Positions 20,663 to 31,290 of a stretch of DNA of 64,000 nt are shown in pieces (within the stretch, counting starts at the first letter, position 1; each line of letters begins with the position of its first letter). Below the pieces are notes generated by a model that ran no database searches, was not told the origin of the DNA, and was given only the letters and a program-made list of their open reading frames with translations. Source of the stretch: an uncultured Deferribacteres bacterium (GTDB taxonomy: Bacteria > Zhuqueibacterota > JdFR-76 > DREG01); contig CAJVYQ010000005.1 of the NCBI GenBank assembly GCA_913009825.1, positions 25,265 through 89,264 of the forward strand, read 5' to 3'. The translations under genes and the position numbers were made by a program.

Positions 20663-22237
20663 TTATCGCTTCGCGGTGATTTTACTCACGGCTCTCTCTG
20701 TGAGTGCAATAATGGTCATAGAAGGGTTCACGCCGGGATTTGCCGAAATCATGGAGCCGTCGCAGATCCACATATTTTTGTAGCCGAAAACGCGGTTATC
20801 CCGATCAATCACACCTTCAGTGTGATCTCTACCCATGACGGCTCCGCCTAAAATATGTGCGGTGGTCGGCCGGCCGAGAATGGTTTCCGACAACAGCGCG
20901 CCTGGTTTTCCATCTACAATTTCAGCAAATTCCCTCATCAGGCTATTGGCTTCAGGGATAAATGCGGTTGGTTTCTTCCCCTCGTCAAGAGTTGATTTCA
21001 GTCCGAAAAGTCCCATGGAAAAGCGTAATGTACTGTTTACCGTCTGCATAAAAAGCAGAATCTGCGTCCTTTTTGCCCAATCATCCACAAAAAGCATTTT
21101 CAGATTTTGCAGCGGGTGTATTACGGCATCCCACAAAATACTGAACAGCCTGGAATAAAGATGGTTACCGTGGGACATAGGCGACATGATCAACCGCCAG
21201 AAACCTGAACCGGCCGAGTAACGAACCGGTTCCACATGGCTGAATTGATCCGTGTGCAGAATGGAACCGATGGCGATACCGTCAGAAAAAATATGCTTCT
21301 TTTTATAATCCACTACCCCCATCAGACTTTCCGAATTGGTGCGGACACCATATCCAACCCGTTCGGAAAGATCAGGGAGAGACCTCTTTTTTAAGCGTAA
21401 CAATAATGGAATGGTGCCGAGAACACCGCCGGCAAAGATGATATTTTTCGCCCGCAGTTCTCCCTTTTTTCTGAAAACGGAAGTGGATGAGCGCCATCCG
21501 ATTTTATACCCACCGGCGCCATCGCTGCCGTTCAGGGGAATCACATCGAATACTTCTGTCTGCGACTTGATGGTCGCTCCGTTCTTTTGCGCTAGATAAA
21601 GATAATTTTTGTCCAAAGAATTTTTTGCGTTGTAGCGGCAGCCGACCATGCAACCACCGCAGAAAACACAGCCGCTGCGTTCCGGCCCTTCCCCATTGAA
21701 ATAAGGATCCGGCACCGTTTTTTCCTGTTCGCCGAAAAATACCGCCACATTGGTCGGTTCGAACTGATCCTCCTTGCCCATTTTCTTTGCCAGGGTTTGC
21801 AACGCTTTATCGCCAATCTCCAGGCGCGGATTGGGATTAGCGCCCATCATTTTGGCACCGTTTTTGTAAAAAGGCATGAGTTCATTTTCCCAGTCGGCCA
21901 GATGTACCCAGGAATCGGATTGAAAAAAATCGCGTTTGGGCGTTTGCAGACAGTTAGCATAAACCAGCGAGCCGCCGCCCACACCGGCTCCGGACAACAC
22001 CGTGACATGGCGGAAGAAACTTAAACGAAAAAATCCGAAGAATCGCAGCGCAGGCAGCCAGAACCATTTTCGCACATTCCAGCTTGTTTTGGGAAAATCT
22101 TCAGCCCGGTGCCATTTCCCTTTTTCAACGACCAAAACGCGGTAGCCTTTTTCCGCAAGACGCAAAGCAGAAACCGAGCCGCCGAATCCGGACCCGATGA
22201 TGACGAAGTCGTACTCAAAACTGTGTTGTTCCGGCAT
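20663..22237 (-). CDS. GMC oxidoreductase, cholesterol-oxidase (ChoD)-like
   Basis: IIGSGFGGSVSA, GVGGGSLVYAN, CVFCGGCMVGC, TAHILGG, NPGVNPS. Confidence 0.88.
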   Translation of the reverse strand: MPEQHSFEYDFVIIGSGFGGSVSALRLAEKGYRVLVVEKGKWHRAEDFPKTSWNVRKWFWLPALRFFGFFRLSFFRHVTVLSGAGVGGGSLVYANCLQTPKRDFFQSDSWVHLADWENELMPFYKNGAKMMGANPNPRLEIGDKALQTLAKKMGKEDQFEPTNVAVFFGEQEKTVPDPYFNGEGPERSGCVFCGGCMVGCRYNAKNSLDKNYLYLAQKNGATIKSQTEVFDVIPLNGSDGAGGYKIGWRSSTSVFRKKGELRAKNIIFAGGVLGTIPLLLRLKKRSLPDLSERVGYGVRTNSESLMGVVDYKKKHIFSDGIAIGSILHTDQFSHVEPVRYSAGSGFWRLIMSPMSHGNHLYSRLFSILWDAVIHPLQNLKMLFVDDWAKRTQILLFMQTVNSTLRFSMGLFGLKSTLDEGKKPTAFIPEANSLMREFAEIVDGKPGALLSETILGRPTTAHILGGAVMGRDHTEGVIDRDNRVFGYKNMWICDGSMISANPGVNPSMTIIALTERAVSKITAKR

Positions 22238-22645
22238 GATTTATCCTTTCATAAAAAAAATGGAAACAATCGGAGTTTCCCTCAAAACACTCAAAAGGTT
22301 TTATTTTATTTTTTTCGTGTCTTTTCGAGTCTTTCGCAGGCTGCCTGAGTAATCGCTGATATGGATAAGCCAAAAAGCAACTTTCAAGGAACTTGAATTT
22401 TTTTAGAAGTTTCTTGTATTCAATTAGGTCCGCCGTTTTTGCGAATCTCTTTTACTATTCAGGAACCGAACCGGAATTACCCCAAAGAAAGGAGATTTCT
22501 GCCGGAATATGTAATTCGCTCCCACACGGGGAATGATAGGTTAAGTTGTAATACCTCACTTACGGGTTGATAATAAAATGCAATCAGTACCAAAAGATTC
22601 ATGTTCTGTTTACATCAGGTTTTGATGCTGCTCATCTAATGTTCT

Positions 22646-22763
22646 GTAACCCCAAATAGCACACGGATTACGCGGATGACACAGATACACACGGATAAAA
22701 TCTGTGAAAATCAGTGTGATCCGTGTCATCCGTGTTCTGTTTACTATTTTGGTTGAATAGATA
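22646..22763. repeat. Inverted repeat of ~9-bp-period units (cacggat.../...atccgtg) with degenerate GTA-family ends
   Basis: cacggattacgcggatgacacagatacacacggat ... atctgtgaaaatcagtgtgatccgtgtcatccgtg. Confidence 0.6.
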
Positions 22764-22894
22764 TAATAACATAAACAAATATTCACACCAATAAGTGAGG
22801 TGTTACGTTAAGTTTCTGATCGCGGCAATAAATTCCCGAACATCCCGGTAATTTGCGGCAACGTTCTCCATGATTCAGGCCTAAACTTCTTTTT

Positions 22895-23923
22895 TCAGGA
22901 CAACAGCGTTCTTTTGTGCAGAGCCGCCTGCAGTAACGGTTCAATCTGAGTCTGAATATGTTTGTTTGCATAGGCAACCCAGGCAACATCCGCCTCCACA
23001 TTCAGCGGTGCCGACAGGGGATCGCCCCGTTCGTCGGTGATGATAATGTCCATTTCCCGGGCGATCAGTTCGGTGCACAGATCGTATGGGTGGCAGCAGA
23101 TGCCCAATTTCAAACCGCGTTGATGCAATATCTTTTCCATGAGCGGGCGTAAATCTGCCACAAACCGGTCGTGTCCGGCCATCAATTCATACAATTGTCC
23201 GCCGGTGCTGATATACTGATCTTCGAAACAGTGAGCCTTGCCGGGCTGCACCGGTCCCAGTGCGCCCATGACGATCTCTTCATCCATCCCGGCAAGGATT
23301 TCCCGTGCGCCGGGGAAAAAGCGCACCAGCATGGCGAAACCGTGTGCGATGGTTTTGGCCTGCGACGGTTGTAGCTGCAGGGACCCGCTTTCACCGGTCA
23401 GCCGGTTGAACCGCTGCAGTTGGACGCCTTCCCCTTTGATCGCCCAGAGCGTATCGGAGAGGTGCTGCTTGATTAATGGAATTTCTGTCTGCACTGCCAA
23501 TCGGATATCCGGCAAACTGGTTTTTACGCCGCGATTTTCGGCGACGCCGGTCAATATCCAGGCGCTCCGTTTTTGGTACATCAGCCCCCGGGTGCCGTCG
23601 ATGGGATCCACAATAATCCGCCAATGAGCTTCTTTTTCAGGCGTTCCCGCGGGCAGCATCATCCTTCCATTCGGAATTCCTTCCGCCACCAAAACCAGCG
23701 GAAAAAACGGTCTCATCTCTTTTTGAAAAAATTCTACCAGCAGCGCTTCACCGATCCGGTCGACGACGTAAATAGTATCCCCATCCTCCTCTTTGGCAAT
23801 GCGGCTCAATTGAGTAAAATCGGTCTGTTCGTAAGCAGCGGTGACCGCAGCGCGAATTTGTCCATGAAGTTTAAGCAGGGCGTTTAGAATGGCTTCGAGA
23901 TTTTTCCCCGGTTTTTGCATCAT
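22895..23923 (-). CDS. Inositol monophosphatase/FBPase superfamily protein
   Basis: DPIDGT motif, AEG, HPYD. Confidence 0.8.
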   Translation of the reverse strand: MMQKPGKNLEAILNALLKLHGQIRAAVTAAYEQTDFTQLSRIAKEEDGDTIYVVDRIGEALLVEFFQKEMRPFFPLVLVAEGIPNGRMMLPAGTPEKEAHWRIIVDPIDGTRGLMYQKRSAWILTGVAENRGVKTSLPDIRLAVQTEIPLIKQHLSDTLWAIKGEGVQLQRFNRLTGESGSLQLQPSQAKTIAHGFAMLVRFFPGAREILAGMDEEIVMGALGPVQPGKAHCFEDQYISTGGQLYELMAGHDRFVADLRPLMEKILHQRGLKLGICCHPYDLCTELIAREMDIIITDERGDPLSAPLNVEADVAWVAYANKHIQTQIEPLLQAALHKRTLLS

Positions 23924-24185
23924 GGATCCAATTCAGTTTAAGATTGAACTTTTTTGTATTGAATATCCGGTTGGGCGCGCAGTTCTGCGGCTTTTTCTTC
24001 CGGCGACGTATTGCTGAGAAAATTACCGCCGCTAATCTCCGGTCCGGCCAGGTATTTGAGCAAACCGGGATGTCGCAGCGGCGGATGAAATTCAACATGA
24101 AAATGAAAAGTGTATTACACCCCCCGTTCCCCCCTTGGGGTGTTCCCTCACGTTTCCTTAATAGTTATAAAATCAGAAACAAATT

Positions 24186-24518
24186 TCATTTTCCGCGTGG
24201 TGGTTCATAACGTTCGTAATAGCCGATCAACTGACCATTCTCATCCCGTACGGCGAGCATGTAAATACGGTATTTTTCACTATCGGTGATGAGCCTTTCC
24301 TCCAGCCCCTGCTGCATTTCCGTGTAGATTTCATGAATCATTTTTTGAGACGCTTCATTATGACAATCCAGCAGAGATCTGCCCAACAAATTTTCACCTT
24401 CATCGTAGTGTTCAATGGCCGCCTTATTCATATAGCGGATAATGTGGTTTGTATCCGTAAAAGCAACAGGATTTTTCAGGCTGTCTAAAATCAGTGATTT
24501 GGTTCTGTCATCGATCAT
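24186..24518 (-). CDS. Small PAS-domain protein
   Basis: ILDSL, IRYMNKAA, LLGRSLLDCH, AVRDENGQLIGY. Confidence 0.85.
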   Translation of the reverse strand: MIDDRTKSLILDSLKNPVAFTDTNHIIRYMNKAAIEHYDEGENLLGRSLLDCHNEASQKMIHEIYTEMQQGLEERLITDSEKYRIYMLAVRDENGQLIGYYERYEPPRGK

Positions 24519-24763
24519 GCCATTCTCCGTTTTAATATTTAAATAAACCGTTTTAACAGCTTCCGTTCACCCTGCGCTATTATTTAAATTAACCGCTTTT
24601 TAGCCACAATCAAGATTTTTTATGCCTAACTTTTGTTTTGGCGACAATTTCACCACACTTCGGAGAGTAGCATAAAAGTGATTGCTTTCAAAAACGAAAT
24701 TCCTTATTTTGGTAACACAACTCCAAAACCGGAATTAAACTCAAATTGTGAAGGAGGAATAAA

Positions 24764-27526
24764 ATGTGCACCAAACCCCATGCACTCATTCGTCTATTTA
24801 TCTTGTTCATCTTTTTATCTATTTTTTCGCCGCCTATTTTTGCTCAGCAGAAAAAGGCACTGACCGTAACCGATATGATGAAATTCAGAGAGATCCACAA
24901 TCCGGTTATTTCCGAAGACGGAAAATGGATTGCTTACGTCGTAAAACCGGACCGCGGCGACGGAGAGGCCATTGTAGAAGCGACGGCAACGGATCGAATA
25001 TTCCATATTGAAAGGGGCAGTAAGCTTGTGATTTCCCGGAATGGAAAATGGGCGGCTGCAACGGTTCTGCCAAAAGCCGTTGACATGGAAACGAAAAAAA
25101 AGGATAAACCCCAAAACGGATTAGAACTGTTGAATATGGAAAACGGGGAAATTTTACAGCGGGAAAAAGTGCAAAAATTTATCTTTTCCAATGATTCAAG
25201 ATGGCTCATCTATCTTCATTTTAAAGAGGTGAAAAAAGAAAAAGCGAAAGAGAAAAAAGAAAAAGCAAAGAAATATGTTGGTTCGGATTTAACAGTGAGA
25301 GATTTAAATTCAACGGCAGAAACAACGTTTCATTTTATAAAATCCTTTGCCCTTGACAGCGCTGCCACCGTACTTGCTTTCACTGTAGCCGACACAAACG
25401 GCAAAGGGAACGGCCTGTATTTCATCAATTTGAAAAGCAAAAAATTGAACAAACGTCCCATAACGGAGAAAGAGAACGGCTATTTTGACTATCTGACCTG
25501 GAACAACAAAGCAGGAAAATTAGCTTTCCTCGCCGGTATTTTGAACCGGAAAGAAAACCCGGATTCCATCTCATTGATGATTTGGGATACTGACAAGAAA
25601 AAAATCAATACCGCTATGTCGCAAAAATCTTTGCAAAAGGGCTGGCTGCTTCATGCAAAAAACGAGCTGCGCTGGAGCAAAGACGGCAGGCGATTGTTTT
25701 TGGGGACAAAGCCGGAATCTGAAATTGTGCCGGACGAAGAAGAAAAAAAGGATGAAAAAACGGTCGATCTATTCAGTATCGATGAAATACTGAAAGGTCG
25801 GGGCGTGGATGTCTGGCACTGGAACGATCCGCTCATCAATCCCAATCAGAAGAAGATGTGGAAGCGCATTAAAGATCACACGTACCGGGGAGTTTATCAT
25901 TTAAATTCGGGAAAATTTGTACAGCTTGCCGATGAAAAAGTCCCTGATGTTCAGGTAAGCGAAAATGCCAAATACACCCTGGGAATTTCAAATCTTCCTT
26001 ATCAAAAGATGATCACATGGTACGGCCGGCTTAATGATTTTTATGTGATCGATATGAAGAACGGTGCAAAGAAAAAGGTAGTGAGCAAAATTGCCAGCCG
26101 GGCGTCCCTCTCTCCACAGGGAAAATTTGTCATTTATTATAACAAAAAACACTGGCATCTGTACAACACAAAAACCGGCACAACTAAAAACCTTACACAG
26201 AATATGAATGTGCCCTTTTACAACGAAGACCATGATTACCCTTCCCCGGCGCCCGGCTACGGCATTGCCGGATGGACTAAGGGCAACAAAGCGGTTTTGA
26301 TTTATGACAAATACGATATCTGGGAATTCCCCACAGCAAAAGGGGAACCGGTGAATCTGACCAATGGGAGGAAAGAACACGTCATTTACCGGGTACAGAG
26401 AACGGATCCCAAACAAAGATTTTTCCGCAACGGAGAAACGCTGTTCCTGACTGCATACCACGATTTAAAAAAATACACCGCTTTCTACTCGGTTACAGTT
26501 GGCAAACCGGGCGTGAAAAAACTAATTCAGGAGGATAAAAAATTCACGCTGATTGCCAAAGCGAAAAAAGCCGATAAAATTTTATTCACCCGCCAGAGTT
26601 ACACGGAATTTCCCGATTTGTGGGTAAGCGATCTGAATCTGAACCGGCCAAAGAAAATTTCCGACGTCAATCCGCAGGTGAAGGATTTTGCCTGGGGAAC
26701 GGCGGAGCTGATTTCCTGGCGCAACGATGACGGCATTCCACTGCAGGGTGTTCTCATCAAACCGGGGAATTACGAACCCGGAAAAAAATATCCGGTTTTG
26801 GTTTATTATTATCGGTTTTTTTCCCAACGCCTGTACGAGTTCAATCAGGTGGTGGTGAATCACCGCCCCTGCTTTCCTTTTTACGCCGGTAACGGATACG
26901 CCGTTTTTTTGCCGGATATCCGCTTTGAAGTGGGCCGGCCCGGTTTTGCGGCCACCAAATGTCTGGTGCCGGGTGTGCAAAAAATTATCGATATGGGTAT
27001 TGCCGACCCCAACGCCATTGCCCTGCACGGTCATTCCTGGAGCGGCTACCAGACCGCGTTTGTCATCACCCAGACCGATATTTTTGCCTGTGCTATCGCC
27101 GGTGCGCCGGTGTCCAATATGACCAGCGCGTACGGCGGCATCCGCTGGGGCAGCGGTCTGGCGCGGCAATTCCAGTACGAACAATCGCAGAGCAGAATCG
27201 GCGGCACACTCTGGAACGCGCTGCCCAAATACATCGAAAATTCGCCGCTGTTTTATGCAGACCGTATTCACACCCCTCTTCTGATCATGCATGGCGACAA
27301 AGATGATGCTGTGCCCTGGTACCAGTCCATCGAGCTGTATCTCGGTATGCGCCGACTGGGCAAAGATTGTATTTTTCTCGAATATCGGGGCGAGCCGCAT
27401 CACCCGCAAAAATACGCAAATAAGTTGGATTATACCATCAGAATGAAACAATATCTGGATCACTATTTGAAAGGAAAACCGGCACCGGAATGGATCAGCA
27501 AAGGAGTACCGTACAGAGGGAAATAG
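24764..27526 (+). CDS. Secreted S9 prolyl oligopeptidase family peptidase
   Basis: Signal peptide, beta-propeller region, GHSWSG nucleophile, HGDKDDAVP, GEPHH. Confidence 0.92.
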   Translation: MCTKPHALIRLFILFIFLSIFSPPIFAQQKKALTVTDMMKFREIHNPVISEDGKWIAYVVKPDRGDGEAIVEATATDRIFHIERGSKLVISRNGKWAAATVLPKAVDMETKKKDKPQNGLELLNMENGEILQREKVQKFIFSNDSRWLIYLHFKEVKKEKAKEKKEKAKKYVGSDLTVRDLNSTAETTFHFIKSFALDSAATVLAFTVADTNGKGNGLYFINLKSKKLNKRPITEKENGYFDYLTWNNKAGKLAFLAGILNRKENPDSISLMIWDTDKKKINTAMSQKSLQKGWLLHAKNELRWSKDGRRLFLGTKPESEIVPDEEEKKDEKTVDLFSIDEILKGRGVDVWHWNDPLINPNQKKMWKRIKDHTYRGVYHLNSGKFVQLADEKVPDVQVSENAKYTLGISNLPYQKMITWYGRLNDFYVIDMKNGAKKKVVSKIASRASLSPQGKFVIYYNKKHWHLYNTKTGTTKNLTQNMNVPFYNEDHDYPSPAPGYGIAGWTKGNKAVLIYDKYDIWEFPTAKGEPVNLTNGRKEHVIYRVQRTDPKQRFFRNGETLFLTAYHDLKKYTAFYSVTVGKPGVKKLIQEDKKFTLIAKAKKADKILFTRQSYTEFPDLWVSDLNLNRPKKISDVNPQVKDFAWGTAELISWRNDDGIPLQGVLIKPGNYEPGKKYPVLVYYYRFFSQRLYEFNQVVVNHRPCFPFYAGNGYAVFLPDIRFEVGRPGFAATKCLVPGVQKIIDMGIADPNAIALHGHSWSGYQTAFVITQTDIFACAIAGAPVSNMTSAYGGIRWGSGLARQFQYEQSQSRIGGTLWNALPKYIENSPLFYADRIHTPLLIMHGDKDDAVPWYQSIELYLGMRRLGKDCIFLEYRGEPHHPQKYANKLDYTIRMKQYLDHYLKGKPAPEWISKGVPYRGK

Positions 27527-27540
27527 AATAGAATTGCTGC

Positions 27541-27590
27541 AAACCTTCCGTAACGGTTGCATCTTACGGAAGGTAAACCCGGAAGGTTTT
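27541..27590. terminator. Hairpin/terminator-like repeat between convergent genes
   Basis: accttccgtaa...ttacggaaggt, then ccggaaggtttttt. Confidence 0.45.
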
Positions 27591-27618
27591 TATATACAAC
27601 GAACTAAATAAAAGAAGC

Positions 27619-27690
27619 ACATAATAATGATCTCCACCTAACCGCTATTCTTCTTCGCTCCATAGAGGCAGGTGAACTTGGTCGTTACCG
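27619..27690 (-). other. Degenerate attC-like recombination site
   Basis: Minus strand TAAC-gaccaagt-TCACCT...AGGTGGA-gatcatt-ATTATGT immediately after the stop codon of the PEGA gene. Confidence 0.35.
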
Positions 27691-27691
27691 C

Positions 27692-28024
27692 CTACTTTAT
27701 CCTTTTCAAATTCGGATAAATATTCTGTTTGTGACCGGCTCCCACCATCAGGATCGTTTCTTCCCAGGTCTCGTAACCGTCCAGCGAAATCCGCACCATA
27801 TATTCCCCCTTCCTTAAATTGATGACCAAATTACCGTTTTTATCGGTCATGCCTATAAATTTGCTGTTGAGATACACGTTGGCCTGAGCGTTAAACTCCC
27901 GGTTATCCCGTTTCAGATCGATGGTCAGGCGATTTTCACCCGGCTTTACAACAACTTTGTTGCAGATAAATGAAGAAGAAAACAGGGAGAGAATCAAAAT
28001 GAGAAAAAGAATTTTTGTTTTCAT
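27692..28024 (-). CDS. Small secreted PEGA-domain protein
   Basis: MKTKILFL signal peptide; ANVYLNSKFIGMT...GEYMVRISLDGYETW; start moved to 28024 because the longer ORF runs through a MITE. Confidence 0.75.
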   Translation of the reverse strand: MKTKILFLILILSLFSSSFICNKVVVKPGENRLTIDLKRDNREFNAQANVYLNSKFIGMTDKNGNLVINLRKGEYMVRISLDGYETWEETILMVGAGHKQNIYPNLKRIK

Positions 28025-28048
28025 AAAAATACCGCCATTTAACTCGTA

Positions 28049-28165
28049 CCTTAATTGAGCGATTGTAGGGCGATTCGCTGAATCGCCAATCGGATTTAGT
28101 TTAAAAATGAAAATCCGTTTAGTAATAAAAACAAGCTCAAAAATAAGAGAATCGCTCAATTCAGG
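28049..28165. mobile_element. MITE (CCT-AATTGAGCGATT TIR family)
   Basis: TIRs; 5-bp TSD TCGTA; internal ggcgattcgctgaatcgcc palindrome also at ~20614-20631 and ~52349-52367. Confidence 0.75.
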
Positions 28166-28208
28166 TCGTACAAAAACAGATTTACGAACTTAATTGGATA
28201 TTTTTCGA

Positions 28209-28305
28209 GTATCCGCTCAATAATTGAGGGTAAAAATGAAATATTTGTTAATTAGTGCCTTCGCGACAATTATTCCTCTTCACCGTATACATATTGAGCA
28301 GATAC
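28209..28305. mobile_element. 97-bp MITE GTATCCGCTCAAT...ATTGAGCAGATAC
   Basis: TIR; 8-bp TSD TTTTTCGA (28201-28208 / 28306-28313). Confidence 0.75.
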
Positions 28306-28711
28306 TTTTTCGACTATATTAAAATCGTAAAAACAATTGTTTGATGCAACTACAATTTTGTTAGCATTTTAGGATTCTGAAAATTCTGCCAAACTTCCAT
28401 ACAAGTGTGTAGCTGATCGTGAACGACCCACAGCCTCTTTGCTTTTTCTTGTAAGGATGGGAAATTCCTTTCCCGGCAAGGCCTGTTCCAAGTTGGTGAT
28501 CCGGAAGATCGGAATCTATCGTTACAAAAAAACAATTGAAACAAAAACGAGCCCCAACCGGCGAATAAAACAGATGCATCGTTTGCCGGGGAATAGAGTG
28601 TCACGTTAAAAAAACCTTGAATCAGAGAGAGCCATAAATTATATTTTCACGCACTCAGTAAGGAGTGCCCGTTCAAAAAAGAGTTCAAAATCATTCAAGG
28701 GAACCACATTA

Positions 28712-29965
28712 ATGAGTCAATTCCGCATCAACAAAATCATTATTCATTACGGCGAAATCGGTTTGAAAGGGAAAAACCAGCCTGTCTTTCGCAAGCAGTT
28801 AAAAAGGAATATTCAGCAAAAGCTGAAAACAGCGGCACTGGACTGGCCGGTAACGGAAACACGGGGTTCACTGTCTATCGACGTGCCGGAGTCCGCTGTT
28901 GAGCAGATTGAACAAGCGCGGCAAATTTTGCGGGAAGTGGCGGGAATTGTCTGGTTTGCCCCAGCCGTAAAAACACTTTTTACCGACGGTAATTTCAGTG
29001 ATGGAAATACGAAGCTGAAAAAAATGGCAGAGACGGTTACTCAAATAGCAAACGGGAGAGATGCGGAAGGCAAAACATTTTGCGTCCGGGTGAAACGCAG
29101 CGATAAAAATTTTCCATTCAATTCGCTGCAACTGGAGCGCCGGTTTGGCGCCGCAATTATAGAAAACACCAACTGGAAGAAGGTGAAACTGGACAATCCG
29201 GATGTCACCTTTTCTATTATCGTCCAACCAGGCGCCGCTTTATTTTATGATCAGCGATTTCCGGGGATGGGTGGTTTGCCGGTGGGCACCGTGGGCAAAG
29301 CGCTCACTTTGTTATCCGGCGGTATCGATTCGCCCGTGGCCGCGTTCCTTGCTGCTAAACGGGGCTGCCGGGTTGATTTTATCCACTTCACGGCAACCAC
29401 GATGCAGCAAAAAGAAGCCGCCGCTTACAAGATCACTCAACTGGCACGGGATTTGAGCCATTTTACACTGCGCTCAAAACTGTACCTGGTGCCCTATATT
29501 CATTTCGATATGGCTCTGTTCGGCAAACAGGTTTCTTACGAACTCATCCTCTTCCGCCGCTTCATGGCCCGAACCGCGGCGCGCCTTGCCGGCCGGATCG
29601 ACGCCGAGGTTCTGCTCAGCGGCGACAACCTGGCGCAAGTGGCCTCACAAACCATGTCCAATCTGGTCTCAACATCGAGGGCAATCGGCATGCCCATCCT
29701 GCGCCCGCTCCTGACTTACGACAAACAGGAGATCATCGATCTGGCCAAAAAAATCGGCACCTACCAACTTTCCGTTGAACCGTATAAAGACTGCTGCGCC
29801 ATCATCAGCCGGCATCCAAAAACTAGGTCCAGGCATGAAAATCTGACCCGTTTGGAAGAAGAAATCTTCGCCGGGAAATACGATGATCTGATTGAAAAAA
29901 CTTTACAGGATACGGTTTGTCTGGAATTCCGGGACGGGGAAATGCAAAACTCCGGCGTTAACTGA
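28712..29965 (+). CDS. thiI: tRNA 4-thiouridine synthase ThiI (no rhodanese domain)
   Basis: HYGEIGLKGKN, THUMP domain, LLSGGIDSPVA PP-loop, QVASQT, PYKDCC. Confidence 0.95.
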   Translation: MSQFRINKIIIHYGEIGLKGKNQPVFRKQLKRNIQQKLKTAALDWPVTETRGSLSIDVPESAVEQIEQARQILREVAGIVWFAPAVKTLFTDGNFSDGNTKLKKMAETVTQIANGRDAEGKTFCVRVKRSDKNFPFNSLQLERRFGAAIIENTNWKKVKLDNPDVTFSIIVQPGAALFYDQRFPGMGGLPVGTVGKALTLLSGGIDSPVAAFLAAKRGCRVDFIHFTATTMQQKEAAAYKITQLARDLSHFTLRSKLYLVPYIHFDMALFGKQVSYELILFRRFMARTAARLAGRIDAEVLLSGDNLAQVASQTMSNLVSTSRAIGMPILRPLLTYDKQEIIDLAKKIGTYQLSVEPYKDCCAIISRHPKTRSRHENLTRLEEEIFAGKYDDLIEKTLQDTVCLEFRDGEMQNSGVN

Positions 29966-30049
29966 GCTACAATTTTGAATTAATCCTTCGTCGTTCCTTG
30001 TTCCATAATTCATGTTCAATCTGAATCATGAACTGTGAACCAGATATGG

Positions 30050-30360
30050 GCGACATTTTTTTTAACCAGTCTAATTCGTGTCTGTCCGAAAATACCCACG
30101 ATATTATCATTCCGGCATGTCTGCACAGGCAGGCAATCTGCTTGAAGGCAGCAATGGATTCCCGCTAAAAGCATGCGGGAATGACAAATTCGGACAGCCT
30201 CTAATTCGACCTTTAAACGGCCTGTTTCCTGACAAAGTTTAGCTTGTAATTTCTCGTTCTTAATACTGGAACCGGAAGATGAATTCGTGGAAAATATATC
30301 TTTAATTCCATCTTGAAGTTGTTTCTTCCAATGAGCAATTTGATTGGTGTGAATACCACT
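30050..30360 (-). pseudogene. IS3-family OrfA remnant interrupted by a MITE
   Basis: GIHTNQIAHWKKQL...GRLKVEL|DWLKK is restored after removing 30078-30201 and one TSD copy. Confidence 0.7.
30078..30201. mobile_element. MITE with GTGTCTGTCCGAA TIRs
   Basis: 6-bp TSD TAATTC (30072-30077 / 30202-30207); related to 20405-20562. Confidence 0.85.
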
Positions 30361-30527
30361 CAAGTTTCACATTTATAATAACTCAGGTCTTGTAACTTGT
30401 CGGGATCCGAAAAATACAGTTGTCCGGAATATCTTTTGTTCCATTCTTCGATGTTAATCATCATGTGCATAAAACAAGTATCCGTATGTTTCCGGGACAA
30501 TCCCTGTTCATTGATTCATATCCTGCG

Positions 30528-30740
30528 AGCCCTGAAAGGGCGGAATATACCAGCCCGGGGCAACGCCCCGGGGGAAAAAACAACGGAATCAAGCCCTGAA
30601 GGGGCGGAATACAAAATTCAAATGAACAGACCGTACCGGCACAGGTAAATATTCCGCCCTTTCAGGGCTTGTTATTCTTTTTCCTCTTTCCCCCCCGGGG
30701 CGTTGCCCCGGGCTATTGTATTTCACCCCGTTGGGACGGC
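30528..30740. repeat. REP-like large palindrome (AGCCCTGAAAGGGCG / AGCCCGGGGCAACGCCCC units)
   Basis: Nested inverted repeats; resembles repeats associated with RAYT-type tyrosine transposases. Confidence 0.7.
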
Positions 30741-30766
30741 TGAAAATATATTTTAATTGCTATGTG

Positions 30767-30959
30767 ACAACCAGCACAACATAGGTTACTCTTTTTTGAT
30801 GTCGTAAGTGATATAACACCCTCCCCGTGATTGTTTGTAAGGGAGGGTGTTATATCACTATATAATAATGGTTTATCAGTAATTGAAAAGCATTTGACGG
30901 TAAACTTCATAGTTTGACTTACGTCCTATTAATTAGGTAACCTATGTTGTGCTAGTTGT
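30767..30959. mobile_element. MITE-like element with 23-bp TIRs and an internal 19-bp perfect hairpin
   Basis: acaaccagcacaacataggttac / gtaacctatgttgtgctagttgt (22/23 match); hairpin 30807-30859. Confidence 0.7.
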
Positions 30960-30967
30960 GAACCTAT

Positions 30968-31110
30968 GTGAATATTCTGTATTGTTATATGTTTTTTGTA
31001 TTTCCGGGTCTTTTGAAGCGCTTTGTCCGCTTCCAAAATGACAAACTAAAAAGTTAAAAAATTTTGTATAAAATGCAATAGAAAAAGTGGAAGAGCAGTG
31101 ACTAAAGTTG
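30968..31110 (-). promoter_or_regulatory. Promoter/leader-like ~140-bp repeat, copy 1
   Basis: Similar to 38202-38338; minus strand TTGCAT-N16-TAACTT then AAGCGCTTCAAAAGACCCGGAAA. Confidence 0.5.
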
Positions 31111-31290
31111 AAAAAAACACCAAGCGGTCAGCACTCAGCTATTAGCTTCTACAGGCTTTATTCAGATCAAATACCTTTTTCTTCTCCCAAGCCCGTTCCA
31201 GTTTATTCCGAAATCCTTTAGGCAACCTTTCTCTGGCCGGATAGATTGCAAAGCTGTTTTTATTTAGGTGAAAGTAAAAGTGAGGTATAG

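Noticed and set aside
26582-27562. 326-aa antisense ORF and the many other ORFs overlapping housekeeping genes
   Set aside because: Shadow frames of well-supported genes with no recognisable motifs
28350-28604. Short minus-strand ORFs upstream of thiI
   Set aside because: No recognisable motifs or RBS; cannot be supported as genes
28651-28668. Riboswitch upstream of thiI (gcactc-agtaag-gagtgc hairpin)
   Set aside because: Single short hairpin with no TPP or other aptamer consensus recognised
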